From NCBI GenBank assembly GCA_965116535.1, contig OZ220703.1, positions 1,153,545 through 1,217,544 on the forward strand: a DNA stretch of 64,000 nucleotides. The letters run 5' to 3'. The position numbers and the translations under genes were made by a program. Shown in pieces: positions 1-10,052 of the stretch (its first letter is position 1; each line of letters opens with the position of its first letter). The DNA comes from Acidimicrobiales bacterium. Lineage in GTDB: Bacteria; Actinomycetota; Acidimicrobiia; Acidimicrobiales; Bin134. A model generated the notes under the pieces. The model saw only the letters and a list, made by a program, of their open reading frames with translations, had not been told where the DNA came from and did no database searches.

Positions 1-1462
1 TGATGACGGCGGGGTAGATGCCGAACAGGAGGGTGGCCGCCGCGGTGAGGCCGAGGGCGGCTATCAGGGAGGGGGGCACCCGAAGAGAGGTGGTGTCGGC
101 TTCTTCGGGGGTGTCCTCGAACCACATCATGCGGGCCACCTTGGCGTAGTAGAAGAGCGCGATCACCGAGTTGATTGCGGCGATGGCGGCCAAGGAGTAG
201 CCCCAACCGGTGTCGGCTTCCACCACGGCCCGGAACACGGCGAACTTGGCGAACCATCCGCCCAGCGGGGGAATGCCGGCCAGGGAGAACAGGAAGATGG
301 TCATGAGGATGGTCATGCCGGGGGCGTACTTGAACAGTCCGGCGTACGAACGGATCTCACCGGAGGCGGTGCGGCGGGCCACGGCGATGATCACCGCGAA
401 CGCTCCCAAGTTCATGGCCGCGTAAATCAGCACATAGGTGATGACCGCGGAGAGGGCCTCGCCGCCGATGTCCCCGGCCACGGCCAGAGGGGCCAGCATG
501 AAGCCGGCTTGCGACACCCCGGAGTAGGCCATGAGGCGCACGATGTTCTCTTGGCGCAGGGCGATGAGGTTGCCGGCGGTCATAGAGCCCACGGCCAGGA
601 TCCACAACAGCGGCTGATAGACGTCTTGGGCGTCGGGGAAGCCGACATGCACCAACTGCATGAGGGCCACGAACCCGGCCGCTTTGGAGGCCACGGCCAG
701 AAAAGCGGTCACCGGAGTGGGCGCACCCTCATAAGTGTCGGGGGCCCAGGTGTGGAATGGGAAACCCGACACCTTGAAGGCGAACCCGACGATCACGAAG
801 ATTATGCCCAGAACCACCACCGGATTGGAGCCTTCTTCGGCCACCGCGGTTGAAATTGCGGCCAAGCGGGTGTCGCCGGCCAGCCCGAACAGCAGCGACA
901 TGCCGTACAGCATGATGGCCGAGGCGAACACCCCCATCAGGTAGTATTTCAGCCCGGCCTCGTTGCTCCTGGGATCGGCCTTGCGCCACGCGGCCATCAA
1001 GTAAGCGGGAATGGACAGCAGCTCCAGAGCCACAAAGATGGTCACCAGGTCGCGCGCCGAGGCCATCAGCACCATGCCCATCACCGACGCCAACAGCAGG
1101 CCGTAATACTCGTTCTCCCAATAGTCGCCCTCGGCGATGTAGTTGGTGGACAACAGCACCACGATGTAGGCGACCACGATGAACATGGCCTTCAAAATGA
1201 GCGCGAAGTCGTCCACCACGAAAGCCCCGCCGAACATCACTCGGGTCGTCCCGTCGGCGGCCAAAGTCACGATGGGTATCAGCGCCACCAGCAGCCCAAT
1301 GCCCGCTAGGGCCGAGGTGTAGGCCCGGCCCCGTTCCAACAGCACAATGTCGAGCAGGGTGACCACCGCACCCACCCCCAGGAGGGTGAGTTCGGGCGCG
1401 ACGGCGTGCCAGTCGATGTCCGGTCGAACGAAACCGACGATCGATGGCAGGGACGACAACAT
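1..1462 (-). CDS. nuoN: NADH-quinone oxidoreductase subunit N (C-terminus runs off the left edge)
   Basis: Absent from the ORF track because it has no stop in the window. My translation of the minus strand from ATG 1462 gives MLSSLPSIVGFVRPDIDWHAV...FKVSGFPFHTWAPDTYEGAPTPVTAFLAV..., the antiporter-like NuoN/ND2 pattern. Last gene of the nuo cluster. Confidence 0.85.
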   Translation of the reverse strand, partial: MLSSLPSIVGFVRPDIDWHAVAPELTLLGVGAVVTLLDIVLLERGRAYTSALAGIGLLVALIPIVTLAADGTTRVMFGGAFVVDDFALILKAMFIVVAYIVVLLSTNYIAEGDYWENEYYGLLLASVMGMVLMASARDLVTIFVALELLSIPAYLMAAWRKADPRSNEAGLKYYLMGVFASAIMLYGMSLLFGLAGDTRLAAISTAVAEEGSNPVVVLGIIFVIVGFAFKVSGFPFHTWAPDTYEGAPTPVTAFLAVASKAAGFVALMQLVHVGFPDAQDVYQPLLWILAVGSMTAGNLIALRQENIVRLMAYSGVSQAGFMLAPLAVAGDIGGEALSAVITYVLIYAAMNLGAFAVIIAVARRTASGEIRSYAGLFKYAPGMTILMTIFLFSLAGIPPLGGWFAKFAVFRAVVEADTGWGYSLAAIAAINSVIALFYYAKVARMMWFEDTPEEADTTSLRVPPSLIAALGLTAAATLLFGIYPAVI

Positions 1463-1471
1463 CAGCAGGTG

Positions 1472-3043
1472 CTACTTCCCGGCCGCCGCGTCGAAGCAGG
1501 TTCCGCTGGTGACGGAGTCCAAGCACTCGCTAAGCGAGTTGACCACCGCGGGGTCGGTGGCCCCGAACAGCAGGTGGGGGTACACCCCCAGCACCAGGAT
1601 CAGGATGAGCAGCGGAGCCCAGGCCAAATACTCGGAGACAGTGGCGTCGTGTACATGAGGATCGTTGGCGAACTCCTCACGAGGAGTGCCGAAGGCCGTC
1701 TTCTGGAGCATCCACAGCAGGTAGCCCGCGGCCAGCACCGTGCCCAGCGCAGCGATCACCATGTAAGACCGGAAGGTCTCCTCGGCCAGCACCGCGGCGG
1801 GGTTGTAGGAGGCCAATATGGCGGGGAACTCGCCCCAGAACCCGGCTAGGCCGGGCAGGCCCAGCGAGGCCATGGCGCAGAACCCGAGGATCCAGCCCAT
1901 GCGGGGGGCCTGCACCAGCAAACCGCCCAGCCGGGACATGTCCAGGGTGTGGTAGCGCTCCTTCACCGAGCCGGCCAAGAAGAACAGCATCCCGGTGATG
2001 AGCCCGTGGGCCACCATGCCGAACACCGCGGCGTTGATGCCGAAGTCGGTGAGGGTGGCGATGCCCAGCATCACGAAGCCCATGTGGGCCACCGACGAGA
2101 ACGCCACCAGCCGTTTCAAGTCGCGCTGGGCCAGACAGCCCAAGGCGCCGTAGATGATTCCGATCACCGCTAACAGCCCGATGAACGGGGCCCACTCGGC
2201 GGCCGCCTCGGGCAAGATGGGGATGGCGATGCGGACAAACCCGTAGGTGCCCAGCTTCAACAGCACGGCGGCCAGGATCACCGAGCCCACCGTGGGGGCC
2301 TCGGTGTGGGCGTCGGGCAGCCAGGTGTGGAACGGGAACATGGGCACCTTGATTCCGAAGCCCAGGAACATGCCGCCGAACACCCAGACCTGCGACGACT
2401 TGGCGATGCCAGCGGCGGCCTCGGGCAGCAGTCTCATGTCGAAGGTGCTGGCGTCGGCCAGGAAGTAAAGGGCCAAGAAGCTCACCAGCATCAGCGCGGA
2501 GCCGAACAGGGTGAACAAGAAGAACTTGATGGCCGCGTAGCGCCGGTTCTCGCCGCCCCACACCCCGATCATGAAGTACATGGGCAGCAGCACGACCTCG
2601 AAGAACACGAAGAACAGGATCAGGTCTTGGGCGGCGAAGGTGCCGATCATCCCCGTCTCCAGGATGAGCAGCAGCATCAAAAAGGCCTTGGGGTTGTGCG
2701 GCTCGGGGAAGTGGTTCCAGGAGTAGATCACGCACAACGGCACGATCAGCATGGTGAGCAGCATCAGCGGCAGGGAGATGCCGTCGATGCCCATGATGTA
2801 GCGGGAGTCGATTACGTCGATCCAGCCCTTGTCCACCACGAAGTTGAGGGCTCCGTAGTTGTCGTTGTCGATGAACTGGATCAACAGCAGCAAGCCGAAG
2901 ACGGCCACGGCCACGGTGGTGGCCAAGGCGATCAGCTTGTGCAGCTGCTCTCGGTCCTTGGGGATGAGCAGCATGACGGCCGCGCCGATGATCGGCAGGA
3001 ACGTCGGGATACTGAGCCCCCAGTCGTTGAGAAAATCACCCAT
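1472..3043 (-). CDS. nuoM: NADH-quinone oxidoreductase subunit M
   Basis: ORF 1472..3100 with a NuoM/ND4 body (FPFHTWLPDAHTEAPTVGSVILAAVLLKLGTYG). Start trimmed to ATG 3043 (MGDFLNDWGLSIPTF), where the first TM helix begins. GTG 3100 is the alternative. Confidence 0.88.
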   Translation of the reverse strand: MGDFLNDWGLSIPTFLPIIGAAVMLLIPKDREQLHKLIALATTVAVAVFGLLLLIQFIDNDNYGALNFVVDKGWIDVIDSRYIMGIDGISLPLMLLTMLIVPLCVIYSWNHFPEPHNPKAFLMLLLILETGMIGTFAAQDLILFFVFFEVVLLPMYFMIGVWGGENRRYAAIKFFLFTLFGSALMLVSFLALYFLADASTFDMRLLPEAAAGIAKSSQVWVFGGMFLGFGIKVPMFPFHTWLPDAHTEAPTVGSVILAAVLLKLGTYGFVRIAIPILPEAAAEWAPFIGLLAVIGIIYGALGCLAQRDLKRLVAFSSVAHMGFVMLGIATLTDFGINAAVFGMVAHGLITGMLFFLAGSVKERYHTLDMSRLGGLLVQAPRMGWILGFCAMASLGLPGLAGFWGEFPAILASYNPAAVLAEETFRSYMVIAALGTVLAAGYLLWMLQKTAFGTPREEFANDPHVHDATVSEYLAWAPLLILILVLGVYPHLLFGATDPAVVNSLSECLDSVTSGTCFDAAAGK

Positions 3044-3119
3044 GTGTACGCGTGCTCCCTCCGTGCCTGCCCGAAGCGGTCGAGTTGGTCGACATTTCAC
3101 CCATGTGTACGTGTGCTCC

Positions 3120-5321
3120 CTAGATGACGATGATGAAGATCCCGGCCAGGATGGTGGCGGCGGCGAACATGATGGCGGCGTACTGCTGCACCTTGCCGGT
3201 TTGGATGCGCCGCAGCTCCTCCCCCGAGCTGTCGGAGATCTTGCCGGTGGCGTTGACGATGCCGTCTACCACCAGCTGGTCAACCTTGTGGTAGACGATG
3301 TTCCCGGCCTGCACCGAGCGGGTACCGGCCTCGTTGACCACCCGGTCGATCACGTTCTGGTTGGTCCAGTAGGCCGCTTTGGCCAGGGGTCCCTTGACGA
3401 AGCCGACGATCACGGTGGTGTACAGCCAGTCGAGGTAGTACTTGTTGACCAGGATCCGGTGGCCGAGACGGGCCACGGCCGATCTCGAAGTGGGGCCGTC
3501 GGGCAGCTCGGTGGCGACCGGGCTGACCGCCCGAACCTTGACGAAATAGTAGTAGTAAGCGGCGCCGATACCGATCAGGGCCACGATCACCGACACGATG
3601 GCCAGCGTCCACGACGGGGTGGCGTGGGCGATGGACGGGAAGTAGCTCACCCCCACAGGCTCCACCCACTGGAGGAACTTCTCCTCCCATGACGCGGGAA
3701 CCAGCTGGAACCCGGCCGGGAAGTTGATGAACCCGGCGACAACCGCCAATACGCCCAGGATCCACAGCGGCACGGTGATCCGGGGGCCGGACTCGTGGGG
3801 GGTGCCGTGGCCCCGGAACTCCCCGAAGAAGGTGAGGTACACCACCCGGGTCATGTAGGCGCCGGTTAGCGCGGCGGTGATCATGCCCATGGCCAACATC
3901 ACGGTGTAGGCCCCGTTGCCGCCGGTGCCCCCGAACAGGCCCCAGCCCCCGGTGCCCACCAGGATCTCGTCTTTCGACCAGAATCCCGACAGTATGGGCA
4001 AACCGGCCAGCGCCACCGTGCCGATCATGAACGTCCGGTAGGTGTGGGGCATGGCCTTGCGCAGCCCGCCCATGTCCTTCTTCATATCGAAGGAGTGGAC
4101 GGCGTGGCTGACCGAGCCCGAGCCCAGGAACAGGCAGGCCTTGAAGAAGGCGTGGGTGAACAGGTGGAACAGGGCTGCGGTCCACGCTCCTACGCCCAGG
4201 GCCAGCACCATGTAGCCCAACTGGGAGACGGTGGAGTAGGCCAGCACCCGCTTGATGTCGTTCTGGACGAAGGCCAGGGTGGCCCCCACCAGGGTGGTCA
4301 GTCCGCCGATCAGGGCCAGCGTGTTGATGCTGGAGCCGCCGATGGCGTAGCCCTCGAAGAACACACCGTAGAGCCGGGCCACCATGAAGATGCCGGCCAC
4401 CACCATGGTGGCGGCGTGGATGAGGGCCGACACCGGGGTGGGCCCGGCCATGGCGTCGGGCAGCCAGGTGTGGAGGAAGAATTGCCCCGACTTGGACATG
4501 ACCGCAGCGGTCAAACACAGCGCGGCGGCCAGGGTGACGGTGTGGCTCATGCTGCCGTTGATGGCGGCCTCGTTCACCCCGATCACGTCGAAGGTGCCTG
4601 CGCCGAAGAACAGGATAGACACCCCGATGATGATGCCCATGTCGCCCACCCGGTTGGTGAAGAAGGCTTTGAGGGCAGCGTCGGAGTTGTCCTTCTCCTC
4701 CCACCAGTGGCCGATAAGCACGAACGAGCACACTCCGACCAGCTCCCAGCCCACCAGCATCTGGAGGGTGGTGGAGGCGGTGACGAAGAAGAGCATCGAC
4801 GCGGTGAACAGGCTCAAGAAGGCGAAGAAGTGGGTGTAGCGGCGGTCGCCGGCCACGTAGTCGGTGGAGTAGATGTGCACCAGCAGCGACACCACGGTGA
4901 CCACGAAGATCATCATCACGGCCAAGCCGTCGATCATGATGCCTGCGCCGATGGCTTCGGCCCCGTTGGTGAGCCAGGTGATCGACCGGGTTAGCGCGCT
5001 AACCCCACCGGAGGCCTCACCCTCCGCAGCAGCGGCCAGCCCGCCTGCTCCCAGGGCGTATTCGCCCTCGGCGCCCCTCCCGCCGGCTCCTTCCACCTCG
5101 CTGATCCACTGGATGGCGGTGATCAGGCCGAACACGAAGGAGGCCCCCACCGCGGCGATGCCGATCTCGGAGCCCCCTCGGGGAAATCGCTTGCCGAACA
5201 ACAGGATCAGCAGGAACGACACCGCGGGGAACAGCCAGATCAGCCAGGCGTTCTCCAAGAACCAGCCCGAGGCGGCGACGGCCTTTCCGGTGGCTTCGGC
5301 AGCGATGATTGAACTCAGCAC
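3120..5321 (-). CDS. nuoL: NADH-quinone oxidoreductase subunit L
   Basis: 733-aa ORF with NuoL/ND5 motifs (WELVGVCSFVLIGHWW, LIHAATMVVAGIFMVARL) and the long C-terminal extension typical of subunit L. Sits between nuoK and nuoM. Confidence 0.9.
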   Translation of the reverse strand: MLSSIIAAEATGKAVAASGWFLENAWLIWLFPAVSFLLILLFGKRFPRGGSEIGIAAVGASFVFGLITAIQWISEVEGAGGRGAEGEYALGAGGLAAAAEGEASGGVSALTRSITWLTNGAEAIGAGIMIDGLAVMMIFVVTVVSLLVHIYSTDYVAGDRRYTHFFAFLSLFTASMLFFVTASTTLQMLVGWELVGVCSFVLIGHWWEEKDNSDAALKAFFTNRVGDMGIIIGVSILFFGAGTFDVIGVNEAAINGSMSHTVTLAAALCLTAAVMSKSGQFFLHTWLPDAMAGPTPVSALIHAATMVVAGIFMVARLYGVFFEGYAIGGSSINTLALIGGLTTLVGATLAFVQNDIKRVLAYSTVSQLGYMVLALGVGAWTAALFHLFTHAFFKACLFLGSGSVSHAVHSFDMKKDMGGLRKAMPHTYRTFMIGTVALAGLPILSGFWSKDEILVGTGGWGLFGGTGGNGAYTVMLAMGMITAALTGAYMTRVVYLTFFGEFRGHGTPHESGPRITVPLWILGVLAVVAGFINFPAGFQLVPASWEEKFLQWVEPVGVSYFPSIAHATPSWTLAIVSVIVALIGIGAAYYYYFVKVRAVSPVATELPDGPTSRSAVARLGHRILVNKYYLDWLYTTVIVGFVKGPLAKAAYWTNQNVIDRVVNEAGTRSVQAGNIVYHKVDQLVVDGIVNATGKISDSSGEELRRIQTGKVQQYAAIMFAAATILAGIFIIVI

Positions 5322-5328
5322 CGGCCCA

Positions 5329-5628
5329 TCACCCCTTCATCAGGTCGACTTGGTCCAAGTCGATGGATCGCCGGTTCCGGTACAGCAGCAGGACGATGGC
5401 CAAGCCGATTCCCACCTCGGCGGCGGCCACCGTGATCACGAATAGGGCGAAGATCTGGCCCATCACGGTGTCGTGGAACGCCCCGAAGGCGATCAGGTTG
5501 ATGTTCACCGCATTGAGGATGAGCTCGATGGACATGAGCACCAGCACGCCGTTGCGGCGGGCCAGCACGCCGTAGACCCCGATGCAGAACAGCACTGCTC
5601 CCAACAGGAGCATCTCGTTTAAGAGCAT
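5329..5628 (-). CDS. nuoK: NADH-quinone oxidoreductase subunit K
   Basis: 99 aa with three TM helices ([29 protein letters not shown]), the NuoK/ND4L pattern, at the expected operon position. Confidence 0.9.
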   Translation of the reverse strand: MLLNEMLLLGAVLFCIGVYGVLARRNGVLVLMSIELILNAVNINLIAFGAFHDTVMGQIFALFVITVAAAEVGIGLAIVLLLYRNRRSIDLDQVDLMKG

Positions 5629-6143
5629 CAGCCGCCCTCCTCTCGGCGGGCGATCACGATGGCGCCGATGAGGGCGGCCAACAGCAGCACCGACACCGCT
5701 TCGAAGGGCACTATGTACTGGGAGAACAGCTCGTCAGAGACCTGCGCGGTGGTCTGCGGGGATTGGCCACCGGGCAGGTTGGCATCCAACTTCACATCTT
5801 CGAAACGGTCCACCAGTGCACCGATCATGACGGCCAGCAGCAAAAGGGCGGTGAGTATGGCGGGGAACTTGCGCTTGTGGTCGGTCTCCTCATCCTGGTC
5901 GAAGTCGGAGCGGGTGAGCATGATGCCGAACAAGAACAGCACGATCACCGCGCCGATGTAGATGAGTACCTGGGTGATGCCGGTGAACTCAGCACCAACC
6001 AGCAGGAACAGAGCGGCCACTCCGGCCAGCACGATCACCAGGTACAGGGCGGCATGCACGATGTCGCGGGTGGTTACCACCCGCAGGGCAGAGGCCACCA
6101 TCACCGCGGCGATGATCCCGAAGGCGACGTGCTCGGCAATCAC
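5628..6143 (-). CDS. nuoJ: NADH-quinone oxidoreductase subunit J
   Basis: ORF 5628..6215. The hydrophobic NuoJ/ND6-like body starts at [19 protein letters not shown] 6143 overlaps the nuoI stop as GTGA, so the start was trimmed there. ATG 6215 is the alternative. Confidence 0.8.
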   Translation of the reverse strand: MIAEHVAFGIIAAVMVASALRVVTTRDIVHAALYLVIVLAGVAALFLLVGAEFTGITQVLIYIGAVIVLFLFGIMLTRSDFDQDEETDHKRKFPAILTALLLLAVMIGALVDRFEDVKLDANLPGGQSPQTTAQVSDELFSQYIVPFEAVSVLLLAALIGAIVIARREEGG

Positions 6144-6673
6144 CGTGGAACCTTCAGCACCTTCTGCTCTGATCCGGCCTCGTAGGGCTCGAAGTCGGGA
6201 ACGGTATCCATCCACTCGCTGAGGCGCTCCTTGTCGTGGAGCAAATCGGCGATGCGAGGCTCGGAGTATTCGTATTCGGGGGTCCAGAACAGGGCCTCAA
6301 ACGGGCATACCTCTACACAGATACCGCAGTACATACACAGCGCGTAGTCGATGTCGAAGCGGTCGAGAGCGTTCTTCTGGCGGGGCTTTCCGCCCTCCCG
6401 GCGGGGCGGAGCCAGGTACTTGTGGCCCTCGATGTATATGCACCAGTCGGGGCACTCACGGGCGCAAAGCATGCAGGCAGTGCAATTCTCCTCGTGGAGG
6501 GCGATCACCCCTCGGGCCCGGTCGGCGGGCATCTCCTTGACATGGGGGTACTGCACGGTGTGGGAGTGCTTGGAGGGGGCGGGCACTACTGGCACACCGT
6601 TGCCGAACAGGGTGCGAAACAGGGTGCGGGCGGTGACCTTGAGCCCCGTTATCAGTCCTGGTACTAGTGCCAT
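6140..6673 (-). CDS. nuoI: NADH-quinone oxidoreductase subunit I (2x[4Fe-4S] ferredoxin-type)
   Basis: Two CxxCxxCxxxCP motifs ([12 protein letters not shown] and [12 protein letters not shown]), 177 aa, expected operon position. Confidence 0.9.
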   Translation of the reverse strand: MALVPGLITGLKVTARTLFRTLFGNGVPVVPAPSKHSHTVQYPHVKEMPADRARGVIALHEENCTACMLCARECPDWCIYIEGHKYLAPPRREGGKPRQKNALDRFDIDYALCMYCGICVEVCPFEALFWTPEYEYSEPRIADLLHDKERLSEWMDTVPDFEPYEAGSEQKVLKVPR

Positions 6674-6682
6674 GGCAAGCTC

Positions 6683-7735
6683 CTACAAAACAACCTTGAA
6701 TATTCCGGTGACAACGATGTTGACCAGCGATAGCGGAATCAAGAATTTCCACGCAAGGCGCTGAAGCTGGTCCTCTCTCAGCCGGGGATAAGTGAAGCGG
6801 AACCAGAAGATCAGCGCCGATACGGCCAAGACCTTCACCAGCATGATGACCGGTCCGGCGATGTTGAACCCCCAGTGGGTGAGGTCGCCCCAGGGCAACG
6901 CCCAACCGCCGAGGAACAGCACCGCAGCCAGCGCGGCGAAGGCGAAGGCGGTGCCGAACTCGCCCATGAAGAAGAACAGGAACCGGAAGCCGGTGTACTC
7001 CACCTGGTAGCCGCCCACGATCTCCGACTCGGCCACCGGCATGTCGAAGGGGGGCTGGGTAGTCTCGGCCTGGACTGCCACCAGGAAGATGAAGAAGCCC
7101 ACAAACTGGGTGAGAATGAACGGGTTGCCGATGCCCCCCCAGCCGAAGATCTCCCCGTTGGCTTGAGCGGCTACGATCTTTTGGAGGTCGAGGGTGCCGG
7201 CCTGGATGACAACGCCCATCACCGCCAACACCAGAGGCAACTCGTAGGCGATGAGCTGGCCGGCGGCCCGCAAGCCACCCATGAGGGCGTATTTGTTGGC
7301 CGAGGCCCAGCCGGCCATCAAGATGCCCACCACCGACAGCGAAGACACCGCCAGGGCGTAGAAGATGCCCACGTCCAACTGCGCAACTACCGCGTCGGGA
7401 CCGGTGGGGATCACCACATAGATCAAGAAAGTGGAGACCAGCACCACCAGCGGGGCCAGGGCGAACACCGTCCGGTCGGCCTTTTCAGGGAATATGTCCT
7501 CTTTCTGGATGAACTTCAGCCCGTCGGCCAGCAGTTGCAAGGTGCCGTAAGGGCCGGCTTCCATGGGACCGAGCCGGCTCTGCATGAAGCTCATCATCTT
7601 CAGCAAGAAGACATAGCCCAGCACCAGCGCGGCGGTGGGGACGACCAGGGCGACAACTCCCAACTTGATGATGGCCGAGGCCCAATAGGGCACCTCCACG
7701 GCCAGCAGGCCCGAGATAACCGTGGCCGCGCTCAC
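6683..7735 (-). CDS. nuoH: NADH-quinone oxidoreductase subunit H
   Basis: ORF 6683..7816 with a NuoH/ND1 body (MQSRLGPMEAGPYGTLQLLADGLKF, VAESEIVGGYQVEYTG). Start trimmed to GTG 7735, which overlaps the nuoD stop as GTGA. Confidence 0.88.
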   Translation of the reverse strand: MSAATVISGLLAVEVPYWASAIIKLGVVALVVPTAALVLGYVFLLKMMSFMQSRLGPMEAGPYGTLQLLADGLKFIQKEDIFPEKADRTVFALAPLVVLVSTFLIYVVIPTGPDAVVAQLDVGIFYALAVSSLSVVGILMAGWASANKYALMGGLRAAGQLIAYELPLVLAVMGVVIQAGTLDLQKIVAAQANGEIFGWGGIGNPFILTQFVGFFIFLVAVQAETTQPPFDMPVAESEIVGGYQVEYTGFRFLFFFMGEFGTAFAFAALAAVLFLGGWALPWGDLTHWGFNIAGPVIMLVKVLAVSALIFWFRFTYPRLREDQLQRLAWKFLIPLSLVNIVVTGIFKVVL

Positions 7736-8910
7736 CGGTCGATATCTCCGAGGATGAAGTACAAGCTGGCCAAGATCGTGATGATGTCGGGCACGTACAC
7801 GCCTTTTAGCAACCAAGGCGTGATGGAGATGTTGGAGAAGCTGGCCGACCGAATCTTGACCCGGAACGGTACCAAGTCGCCCTTGCTAACGATGTAGTAA
7901 CCCATCTCGCCCAGCGGATTCTCGGTGGCGGCGTAGGCCTCCCCCGCGGGCACCTTGATGATGCGGGGCACCTTGGCCATGATCGGCCCCGAGGGGAGCC
8001 CGTCCAGAAGCTGATCCACGATGTGGGTGGCCTCGCGGGTCTCTTGGAGCCTCACCCAGTAGCGAGCGAATGAGTCGCCGTCGGGATGGGTCCAAACCTT
8101 CCAATCGACCTGGTCGTAGGCCAACGCCTCATGGCCGTCGCGGCGCAGATCCCAGTCCACCCCGCTGGCCCGGATGTTGGCGCCTGAGAGCCCGTAGGAC
8201 AGTCCGACTGCGGGAGGCACGATGCCGATTCCCCGGCTGCGGGCCTGGAAGATCTCATTGCCCAACACCAGTTCCTCGAACTCGTCGCAGAAGTCACGGA
8301 TCTTCTCCATGGCCTGCTTGGTGTCGTCGATCCAGCCTTGGGGCAGGTCGTCTTTGACGCCGCCGATGCGGTCGAAGTTGGGGTGGAAGCGCCCGCCGGT
8401 AACCGCCTCGATCTGGTTCAGCACGAACTCCCGATCTCGGAAGGCCATGAACACCGGGGTGAGGGCGCCGAGCTGAACGGCCATGTCGCCCAAGAACAGG
8501 GTGATGTTGGCGATCCTGCTCAGTTCGAACAGCGCCGTGCGGATCCACTGAGCCCGGGGAGGCGCCTCCACCTCCATCAGCTTCTCGGCGGCCAGGATGA
8601 AGGGCACTTCGTTGGCGAAGCTGCCCAGCCAGTCGATGCGGTTGATAAGGGTGGTGACCTGGGGGTAGGTGCGTACCTCGGCCAGCTTCTCGTAGCCCCG
8701 GTGCATGTAGCCCATAATGGGCTCGGCCTCCACCACCTGCTCACCGTCGAGGCGGGCCACCAGTCGAAGCGTTCCGTGGGTGGCCGGGTGCTGGGGTCCG
8801 ATGTTGAGGGTCATGCCCTCGGTCTCGATCTCCACGTTCAGCCGGGCGTCGGCAGCCTGGGTGGCCACGTAGGCCAACTGCTGGCGCTGGTCGGCGCTCA
8901 CCGCGGTCAC
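7732..8910 (-). CDS. nuoD: NADH-quinone oxidoreductase subunit D
   Basis: The C-terminal 393 aa of ORF 7732..9420 carry the NuoD/49-kDa pattern (GPQHPATHGTLRLVARLDGE, GYMHRGYEKL). The N-terminal 170 aa of the track ORF are a shadow frame across nuoC. GTG 8910 overlaps the nuoC stop as GTGA. Confidence 0.88.
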   Translation of the reverse strand: MTAVSADQRQQLAYVATQAADARLNVEIETEGMTLNIGPQHPATHGTLRLVARLDGEQVVEAEPIMGYMHRGYEKLAEVRTYPQVTTLINRIDWLGSFANEVPFILAAEKLMEVEAPPRAQWIRTALFELSRIANITLFLGDMAVQLGALTPVFMAFRDREFVLNQIEAVTGGRFHPNFDRIGGVKDDLPQGWIDDTKQAMEKIRDFCDEFEELVLGNEIFQARSRGIGIVPPAVGLSYGLSGANIRASGVDWDLRRDGHEALAYDQVDWKVWTHPDGDSFARYWVRLQETREATHIVDQLLDGLPSGPIMAKVPRIIKVPAGEAYAATENPLGEMGYYIVSKGDLVPFRVKIRSASFSNISITPWLLKGVYVPDIITILASLYFILGDIDR

Positions 8911-9566
8911 GGTCCCTCCTCGCCCGGAAACAGCTCCACGTCCACGATGCCGGGCCAGGGCTTCACCCGGCGGGCCAGCAGCGGGAAGTCCTTGCGAAGG
9001 GGGTTCCCCTCGAATTCGCCGGGCAGGTAGATGTTGCGGAGATCGGGGTGGCTGTTGAAGTGGATCCCGAACATCTCCCAGGCTTCCCGCTCGTGCCAGT
9101 TGGCTCCGGCGAACACCGGAATGAGGGTGTCGATGCTCAGATCGTCGTCGGGCAGGTCGGCCTTTATGGTGAGGCCCATGTGCTCGGTGATCGAATAGAG
9201 GCGCGTCACCATTTGGAATCGAGTCTGGCCGCCGGCGTGGCCCGGTTCCATGGGATCGGCGGCCTTGGGCTCGGGGTTGTCCTCTTGGGCATCCATATCC
9301 CGCCCGTAGGGGGAGGGCAGCCAGTCGATGGCCGACAGCCAATCGAAGAACTGGCAGCCGAGTTGGTCGCGGGCGGCAGTGGCCGCGTCGACCCACGAGT
9401 CGCGGGTCACCCGCACCCACAGGTCGCTGCCACCGATGATGTGGTGTTCGACGAAGCCATCGCCCAGCGCGTCAGCCAGCTGAGCCGCCCAGGCCTCCCG
9501 GCGTTCGTCGGGCTGCGGTTCGGCTTCGGCGCTGGTATCGGTGTCAGTCGACGACAATTGGGTCAC
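8907..9566 (-). CDS. nuoC: NADH-quinone oxidoreductase subunit C
   Basis: 219 aa with the NuoC/30-kDa pattern ([29 protein letters not shown]). Lies between nuoB and nuoD. Confidence 0.85.
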   Translation of the reverse strand: MTQLSSTDTDTSAEAEPQPDERREAWAAQLADALGDGFVEHHIIGGSDLWVRVTRDSWVDAATAARDQLGCQFFDWLSAIDWLPSPYGRDMDAQEDNPEPKAADPMEPGHAGGQTRFQMVTRLYSITEHMGLTIKADLPDDDLSIDTLIPVFAGANWHEREAWEMFGIHFNSHPDLRNIYLPGEFEGNPLRKDFPLLARRVKPWPGIVDVELFPGEEGP

Positions 9567-10044
9567 CTCGCCACCGCACAGCCGGATCTTCGTTCATAAT
9601 GCGCTCTTGAAGCAGCACGATGCCTTCCAGCAAAGCCTCGGGCCGGGGCGGACAGCCGGGCACGTAGACATCCACTGGAATGATCTGGTCAACGCCTTTG
9701 GTCACTGAGTAGGAGTCCCAGTACGGGCCTCCGCAGTTGGCGCACGAGCCCATGGAGATGACGTACTTCGGGTCGGGCATCTGCTGGTAGAGCCGGAGAA
9801 TCGAGGGCACCATCTTGTCGGTGACCGTGCCCGAGATCACTACCAAGTCGGCTTGCCGGGGGCTGGCGGGAAACGGAATAACGCCCAGGCGCATGACGTC
9901 GTAGCGGGGCGACCCGATCACCGCGCCCATCTCGATGGCGCAGCAGGCCAGGCCCCACTGGTACATCCAAATGGAGTACTTCCGGCCCAGATTGAGCAGC
10001 ATGGTCAGGGGTTTTGGAGCTTTGCCGCTGGCAACCAGTCCCAC
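9544..10044 (-). CDS. nuoB: NADH-quinone oxidoreductase subunit B
   Basis: 166 aa with the N2-cluster cysteines ([32 protein letters not shown]). Confidence 0.9.
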   Translation of the reverse strand: MGLVASGKAPKPLTMLLNLGRKYSIWMYQWGLACCAIEMGAVIGSPRYDVMRLGVIPFPASPRQADLVVISGTVTDKMVPSILRLYQQMPDPKYVISMGSCANCGGPYWDSYSVTKGVDQIIPVDVYVPGCPPRPEALLEGIVLLQERIMNEDPAVRWRGDPIVVD

Positions 10045-10052
10045 TGCCTACC

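Noticed and set aside
7732-9420. 562-aa version of nuoD; likewise the long versions of 13332-14906, 14873-16381, 33637-35184, 36281-37339, 41430-42752, 56974-58350 and 59985-61253
   Set aside because: The N-terminal extensions overlap the preceding genes in another frame and lack family similarity. Starts were moved to the codon where conserved sequence begins, often at a GTGA or ATGA overlap.
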